Of a stretch of 64,000 nucleotides of DNA, positions 58,603-64,000 are shown in pieces. The stretch comes from Patescibacteria group bacterium (GTDB lineage: Bacteria; Patescibacteriota; Microgenomatia; UBA8517). The position numbers and the translations under genes were made by a program. The notes under the pieces are model-generated. The model saw only the letters and a program-made list of their open reading frames with translations. It was not told the origin of the DNA and searched no databases. Every line of letters starts with the position of its first letter. The first letter of the stretch is position 1. Where the stretch lies: NCBI GenBank assembly GCA_041742135.1, contig JBGSJG010000001.1, positions 67,151 through 131,150 on the forward strand, read 5' to 3'.

Positions 58603-59633
58603 ACTTCTTCCCAGTTGCCACTTCTGGGGACAAATACATAAAGGCCTTTGTAATCCGTTGAGTAAGGAGGATTAAAAAGAAGTTCTTCAGGAATTACTTG
58701 GGAAACCATGTTTCCACGCGCATCAACCAACATACGAACCACCTGTGAAAGCTCTTGGTCAGACAAATCAGTTTCCGTAATCTCTTTAAATGTTTTCCAA
58801 AGAGTAAGTAGCTTTGTTGGCGAGAGCAAAACTTGAGGCGTCACAACAGTGTCTTTGATAGCTACGATTATTTTTTGCTGTCGGGCCGCACGAGCCAAGT
58901 CGTTGCCTTCAGTCGGATCCGTAGAATGCCGAGACCTGGCAAACTTTAAAGCGGTTTGCCCGTCCATTAGCTGTACTCCCGCATCAAAAGCCACAGTTTC
59001 GTATCGACACAAAAATTCAGGATCTCCCCCGCAATCGTCGTCCTCGCGGCCGACAATTGGAAAGCGCGCATCAACAAATGCTCGCTCTACATTAACTTTC
59101 ACCCCTCCCAAAACGTCAACCACTTTTACAAAGCCTTCAAAATTAATTCCTAACGCGTAGTGAATTGGAAGTCCGGTAACTTCTTCGACTACAGATTTTG
59201 CTAAAATTATTCCCCCGCCTGACGCCTTTTTGTTTCCAATTAAATATGCGCCATTTATCTTGTCGTCCAAATTAACGACCCAAATGTCGCGCGGAATAGA
59301 TATTAAAGAAACTTTGCCGTCTTGTCGGTTTATCGAAGCTACGATCATCGTGTCCGTAACAAACGGATTTTTTTCTCCATCCCCTGCAATTCCCAAAAGA
59401 AGAATATTGGTTTTGTTGTCTGTTTGTTCCACCAAACCAGCTTGTGGCAATAAAAATACCCGAGCCATGGATAAATAGTTCCCAAGTGCTGTTGGAGCCA
59501 AAATGCTTTTAAGTAAAACAAACATGCCCCATAGAACCAATATCACACTAGCAAGTAGTGTTAAACGCACAAACCATAAGTGGCGCGACAAGAGTCGTCT
59601 TTTTATTTTCCCCAAGGTACCTCGTAGCTTCAT
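58569..59633 (-). CDS. LytR-CpsA-Psr (LCP) family cell-envelope phosphotransferase
   Basis: It has an N-terminal TM helix followed by the LCP core (…NILLLGIAGDGEKNPFVTDTMIVASINRQDGKVSLISIPRDIWV…). Confidence 0.8.
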   Translation of the reverse strand: MKLRGTLGKIKRRLLSRHLWFVRLTLLASVILVLWGMFVLLKSILAPTALGNYLSMARVFLLPQAGLVEQTDNKTNILLLGIAGDGEKNPFVTDTMIVASINRQDGKVSLISIPRDIWVVNLDDKINGAYLIGNKKASGGGIILAKSVVEEVTGLPIHYALGINFEGFVKVVDVLGGVKVNVERAFVDARFPIVGREDDDCGGDPEFLCRYETVAFDAGVQLMDGQTALKFARSRHSTDPTEGNDLARAARQQKIIVAIKDTVVTPQVLLSPTKLLTLWKTFKEITETDLSDQELSQVVRMLVDARGNMVSQVIPEELLFNPPYSTDYKGLYVFVPRSGNWEEVHAWVEGVVGD

Positions 59634-59650
59634 GCTAGAATATTATACCA

Positions 59651-61495
59651 ATGAATTCGCTCTCTGACCTAAATCCCGACCAACTTCGCGCGGTAACCAG
59701 TACCGCAAGTAAGCTTCTTGTCTTGGCCGGAGCTGGATCTGGTAAAACACGAGTCTTAACCCATCGGGCCGCGTGGTTTATCGGTGAGCAAAAAATTCGT
59801 TCTTCAAATATTTTGCTTCTCACTTTTACAAATAAAGCAGCTAATGAAATGAAAGAGCGGATTTTTGAGCTTTTAGGGGATGTGCCTTCATATTCCGGAA
59901 CGTTCCACAGCTTTTGTGTAAAACTACTTCGAATTGATGGTGAAAAGATAGGGATCTCAAAAGACTTCGTAATTTATGATGAAGAAGACCGCAAAGACGT
60001 TGTTCGCGATATTTTGGTGGACAAAAACCTTTCTACCGATACTCACAATCCGGCCGCATTGGCTGCGGCCATTAGCGATCTTAAAAACAACATGATTTCA
60101 GCCGTTGAGTACGGGGGAATGGCACAAGGAGAGAGCCAGGAGAAAATATTCTCCATCTACACAGCTTATGAAAAATACCTAAAAGACGCCAGTGCTTTAG
60201 ATTTTGATGATCTTTTGACTCGCGCAGTTGATTTACTTTCAAGCGATGCTCCGACACTCGCAAGCTGGCAAGCTCGCATTACGCATACTTTGGTAGACGA
60301 ATGGCAAGACACCAACAAAGTGCAATATACGCTGGCAAAACTTCTAACCGGTAAAGACGGAAGCTTGACTGCTGTAGGGGATGCTTCCCAGTCAATTTAT
60401 TCTTGGCGAGGAGCTGACTATCGAAATATTAACTATCTTAAAAGAGACTATCCAGACATTGAAGTAATTAACCTTGAGCAAAATTATCGCTCAACGGCAA
60501 CAATACTCGACGCCGCAAACGCAATAATCCAAAAAAATACGTCTCACCCAATCCTTTCATTGTGGACCGATAACCCCAAAGGTGAGCGGATCAAGCTCTA
60601 CAAGGCGGTAGATGGAACCGAAGAAGCAAAATATGTGGTTTCGAAAATTTCTGAGCTTGTACGTACTGGCTACAGTTTTTCTGACATTGCGATTTTGTAT
60701 AGAACCAATGCCCAATCGCGCGTTCTTGAAGAGGCCATGCTTCACGGAGGGTTTCCCTATGTTCTAATCGGCGGCACCAGATTTTACGATAGAACTGAGG
60801 TTAAAGACATAATTGCTTATCTTAGGCTAATCGCCAACCCCCGCGACAGCGTTTCCACAAAACGCGCCTTAAAAATTGGCAAAAAAAGATATGAACAATT
60901 TATGGAGCTCAAAGATGAAATTGGTAATTTTAACGACAAAACAACTATTTCTCTGCTCGACGCGGTTTTACAAAAGACAAACTACACCAAAAAATACGAG
61001 CGAGAAACAGAGGAAAATTTAGCAAAATTGGAAAACATCAAAGAGCTTCGCTCGGTCGCAACAGAATTTCCCAATCTGACAGAATTTCTGGAGCAAGTTG
61101 CTCTTGTGGAAGCTGAGCAGCAAGCAATTGGCACACTTAACTACGCCAAAGCCGATCCATCAGCCAAAATTACACTAATGACACTTCATGCGGCCAAAGG
61201 CTTGGAGTTCCCGGTTGTGTTTATTGTAGGCATGGAAGAGGGGCTTTTCCCCCACTCGCGGTCTTTGTGGGACAGTGAACAACTTGAAGAAGAACGCAGA
61301 CTTGCCTATGTGGGCGTCACTCGAGCTAAAGATCTGTTGTACCTAACTTACGCAGATAGGCGTTTATATTTTGGGCAAAGAAGCGCCAATCCGCCATCAA
61401 GATTTTTAATAGACATACCGGAGGCGATCTTGGATTCATCAGAAAAATTGTCCCAACCCAAACGCGAATATGTATTCGATGATGTAAATTGGTAA
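59651..61495 (+). CDS. UvrD/PcrA-family superfamily-1 DNA helicase, a short form
   Basis: Walker A is …LVLAGAGSGKTRVLTHR… and motif II is …TLVDEWQDTN…. A later motif is …YRSTATILDAAN…. Length is 614 aa. Confidence 0.85.
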   Translation: MNSLSDLNPDQLRAVTSTASKLLVLAGAGSGKTRVLTHRAAWFIGEQKIRSSNILLLTFTNKAANEMKERIFELLGDVPSYSGTFHSFCVKLLRIDGEKIGISKDFVIYDEEDRKDVVRDILVDKNLSTDTHNPAALAAAISDLKNNMISAVEYGGMAQGESQEKIFSIYTAYEKYLKDASALDFDDLLTRAVDLLSSDAPTLASWQARITHTLVDEWQDTNKVQYTLAKLLTGKDGSLTAVGDASQSIYSWRGADYRNINYLKRDYPDIEVINLEQNYRSTATILDAANAIIQKNTSHPILSLWTDNPKGERIKLYKAVDGTEEAKYVVSKISELVRTGYSFSDIAILYRTNAQSRVLEEAMLHGGFPYVLIGGTRFYDRTEVKDIIAYLRLIANPRDSVSTKRALKIGKKRYEQFMELKDEIGNFNDKTTISLLDAVLQKTNYTKKYERETEENLAKLENIKELRSVATEFPNLTEFLEQVALVEAEQQAIGTLNYAKADPSAKITLMTLHAAKGLEFPVVFIVGMEEGLFPHSRSLWDSEQLEEERRLAYVGVTRAKDLLYLTYADRRLYFGQRSANPPSRFLIDIPEAILDSSEKLSQPKREYVFDDVNW

Positions 61496-61496
61496 T

Positions 61497-62414
61497 ATGA
61501 CTACTCATCCACTCCAAAGCCAACCTTGGGCAGACTTCAGACGAGCTTGGGGTAATGAAGTTGTTAAAACTGATTTTGGGTATCTCACACTCCACCTCAT
61601 TCCCCTTCTGAATAAAAAAATTGGCATGTTCATTAAGGGACCAATCCCCACTAAAGCAATGCTTAACGAACTTAAACAAATTGCTCGTGAGCACAATTTA
61701 ATTTTCATAAAACTTGAACCCAATGTTAGAAAATCAGAAAAGCTAGTTTCTTTAATGAACGAAAACGGGGCCGTGCCAGGCAAAACTTTATTTACACCAA
61801 CCACTTTTTGGATTGATTTAACAAAGTCCGAAGAGGAACTACTTAAAAGCTTTCATCAAAAGACTCGTTACAATATTAAGTATGCTCAAAAAAAGGGCGT
61901 GGAAGTAGTGGAGGACAACTCCGATAAAGCTTTCAGCAGCTACATCAAGCTGATGCGCGAAACCGTGCAACGACAGGGCTTTTATGCACATTCTGCTCGC
62001 TACCACAGGCTTATGTGGGAACACCTAAGAAAAACCGATGTTGCCCACTTGTTGATTGCAAAAAAAGGTAAAAAAATTCTTACCTCTTGGATACTTTTTA
62101 AATCCAATGACGCACTTTATTACCCGTATGGTGCAAGTAGCAATAAAAATCAAAACCTTCAGGCCAACTCTCTTATGATGTGGGAAGCCATAAAATTTGG
62201 CAAAAAGCACGGGCTTAAATACTTTGATTTATGGGGGAGAGAAGAAGGTAAGGGATTCACTAAATTTAAAGAGGGCTTTAACCCAGAAGTTGTAGAATTT
62301 TTGGGTACTTGGGATTTGGTTACCTCACCACTATACTGGCCTTATCGTGTTGCAGAAGCTTTAAGATGGCGACTATTGAAACTCAAAGCAAGGTTTTCAA
62401 AACCAACATTTTAG
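61497..62414 (+). CDS. FemAB-family aminoacyl-tRNA-dependent peptidoglycan peptidyltransferase-like protein
   Basis: The length and composition are consistent with a FemABX-like GNAT-type fold (…FWIDLTKSEEELLKSFHQKTRYNIKYAQKKGVEV…YYPYGASS…). The start is 1 nt after the uvrD-like stop. Confidence 0.6.
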   Translation: MTTHPLQSQPWADFRRAWGNEVVKTDFGYLTLHLIPLLNKKIGMFIKGPIPTKAMLNELKQIAREHNLIFIKLEPNVRKSEKLVSLMNENGAVPGKTLFTPTTFWIDLTKSEEELLKSFHQKTRYNIKYAQKKGVEVVEDNSDKAFSSYIKLMRETVQRQGFYAHSARYHRLMWEHLRKTDVAHLLIAKKGKKILTSWILFKSNDALYYPYGASSNKNQNLQANSLMMWEAIKFGKKHGLKYFDLWGREEGKGFTKFKEGFNPEVVEFLGTWDLVTSPLYWPYRVAEALRWRLLKLKARFSKPTF

Positions 62415-63238
62415 CTACTCGGTGAAAACCTGAAGCTTTCATCAAACCTAAATACCACCATCTTTAAAGTGTCGGTTTCATTGGGCTGATTCGCCCAGTA
62501 CCACCGAAGTACGAATTCTGGATCCCGCGCCATCAACTTGTCACTACCAAATTTGCAGACATACGGAGCCTGCGATGTATCGACATTTTGGAAGCTTTCG
62601 TGATAAACCCCAGTGTGAATTACACTGCCGTCTTGGTCGATAAGAGCAAGGAGATCACCCTCCCGAACTTCGGCGAGAGGAGTAAAGCTATCGTCATTGT
62701 AATTTCCTGTGTCAAACACTGGTACTCCAAACATGTCCAGAAAGCTCCTCATTTCTGGGTTATCCACCCAAATGTTAGACTCTGCGCCCAGTTCACCAAT
62801 ACCTGTAACCTGCTCCAAAGCAAAAGAATGACAATTGAAGTTTGGGTTTAAATCATCGTTTATGACAATTTCAAACTCTGTAGGCTGATAACCAGAATCC
62901 AAGATCGGCAAATCTTTCCGAATTATTGGTATGTCCAGATTTCGCTCTTCTCCGGAAACTAGTCGAGTCTCAAGCCGAAGAAAATTTTCTTCTAGAGAAT
63001 ACTCGCATTCAGAATAGGGTGGTGGATGTATTTCTTGCTGAGCTGTTTTAGCATTGTCTATCGACTGTGCCAAATTTACTGCTGCATCGCCAACTGGGCC
63101 TGCAGTCACTAGGGCTCCAACAGCTGAAACAGCACCTCTTAAAAAATCTCTTCTCGACATTGCAGCATTAGGTTTACTTATGTCTGGATTATCTTCAGCC
63201 ATACAATCAATTATACTTGCACTATGGACATTCGCCAA
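62411..63238 (-). CDS. Secreted protein with a twin-arginine (Tat) signal peptide and a conserved Cys/His pair, a possible cysteine peptidase or amidase
   Basis: The Tat signal is …MSRRDFLRGAVSAVGALVTAGPVG…. The probable true start is the Met at 63160. Candidate catalytic residues are …NFNCHSFALEQ… and …VIHTGVYHE…. Confidence 0.5.
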   Translation of the reverse strand: MANVHSASIIDCMAEDNPDISKPNAAMSRRDFLRGAVSAVGALVTAGPVGDAAVNLAQSIDNAKTAQQEIHPPPYSECEYSLEENFLRLETRLVSGEERNLDIPIIRKDLPILDSGYQPTEFEIVINDDLNPNFNCHSFALEQVTGIGELGAESNIWVDNPEMRSFLDMFGVPVFDTGNYNDDSFTPLAEVREGDLLALIDQDGSVIHTGVYHESFQNVDTSQAPYVCKFGSDKLMARDPEFVLRWYWANQPNETDTLKMVVFRFDESFRFSPSS

Positions 63239-63268
63239 AGCCGTGAATATGCTAGCAAAGAAATAATT

Positions 63269-63784
63269 TTAACCCACAAAATAAAAAGTAATGGTCCAAA
63301 TCGAAGCAAATACCGTGTACCACAATTCGCCTATGCCGATACGTTTTGTTCTAATAAAATAACCGAGTCCGAAAATTCCAGCCAACAAGAGTAAAAACAA
63401 AATCCAACCTCCATATGTGACGCTGGTAGCATGGAAGAACAAAGCGAGCCATGTCAAAAGGACATAAAGATGCACCAATACGTTGTGTATTTTTGGGTGA
63501 TTTATTAAAGTGAATATCAAAATCAACATCGAAAATATATTTCCAATAATAAAAATAAACAAAACTGACTGGTTGATAAAACTGACATTAAAAGTAAAGT
63601 GGATAATTTGGAACAAAGGAAAGGATATTACTCCAACAAAATAAAGCCGCCTATAGCTGGGGTAATTTATTAATTTACTATACCCGAACTTATTTAAATC
63701 AATTTTAGCTATAATTGTAGGTATTACCAGAAAAGCCCATACGCACAAAACAGAAATGAAGCCCGACAAAATTATTATACTCAC
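63269..63784 (-). CDS. Polytopic membrane protein, hypothetical
   Basis: It is 171 aa with 5–6 hydrophobic helices. No family was recognised. Confidence 0.4.
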   Translation of the reverse strand: MSIIILSGFISVLCVWAFLVIPTIIAKIDLNKFGYSKLINYPSYRRLYFVGVISFPLFQIIHFTFNVSFINQSVLFIFIIGNIFSMLILIFTLINHPKIHNVLVHLYVLLTWLALFFHATSVTYGGWILFLLLLAGIFGLGYFIRTKRIGIGELWYTVFASIWTITFYFVG

Positions 63785-64000
63785 ACTAAATTTTAAAACA
63801 TATGAGAGACCTAAGACAGACTGAAAAATACGCTAACTATCTAAAAAGAATTGGCTGGATTGTCGAGGAACATCACGGCGTTTTTTATTTCATCAAAAAG
63901 GTTTTCTTCTTCTCTATCATTAAAATCCAAAGGCCAATAAAAATCGATTTAGAATTTATTAGAAAAATGGCCAAAAAATATCGCGCGTTTCAGATTTTTA

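Noticed and set aside
1-64000. CRISPR arrays, rRNA or tRNA genes, and transposases or integrases.
   Set aside because: No regularly spaced direct repeats were seen. No rRNA-like conserved blocks or cloverleaf-compatible tRNA sequences were found in the intergenic gaps inspected. No DDE or tyrosine-recombinase-like ORFs were seen.

Overview
This 64-kb window is gene-dense and uses the standard genetic code, with no sign of TGA recoding. It looks like a reduced, Gram-positive-like genome. By inference it could be a CPR/Saccharibacteria-type organism, because sortase, LCP, FemAB, MurJ, MltG, RodZ and type IV pilus PilN/PilO are present and several core genes (IF2, AlaRS, HrcA, UvrD) are truncated.

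Positions 1 to ~46 kb are almost entirely minus-strand housekeeping genes:
- an rpoB-rpoC fusion followed by rpsL and rpsG
- two tandem phosphoribosyltransferase genes
- mltG, ruvX, a sortase and alaS
- a rodZ-like gene and ftsK
- a triplicated family of N-anchored surface proteins
- RNase J, a Lon-like AAA+ ATPase with no peptidase domain, pnp, rpsO, a degenerate DHH/NrnA-like gene, infB and nusA
- a heat-shock locus (hrcA, grpE, dnaK, dnaJ-like) interleaved with about nine uncharacterised, compositionally atypical genes
- murJ

From ~46 kb the strand switches to plus:
- rpsT, pilN and pilO-like genes
- five paralogous secreted or anchored surface proteins with Pro/Thr-rich stalks, Cys-rich modules and a recurrent C-terminal [LV]P[QE][AS]G + transmembrane (TM) signal that looks like a sortase sorting signal
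- two GT-C-type (PMT/ArnT-like) membrane glycosyltransferase candidates
- a stand-alone receiver (REC) domain, an LCP protein, a UvrD-like helicase, a FemAB-family transferase and a Tat-signal protein

I recognised no rRNA, tRNA, CRISPR array, reverse transcriptase or transposase by eye. The most distinctive candidate systems are the surface-protein, sortase and glycosylation ensemble at 47.9–59.6 kb and the tandem ILSTFEFTD-tailed family at 21.4–24.5 kb.
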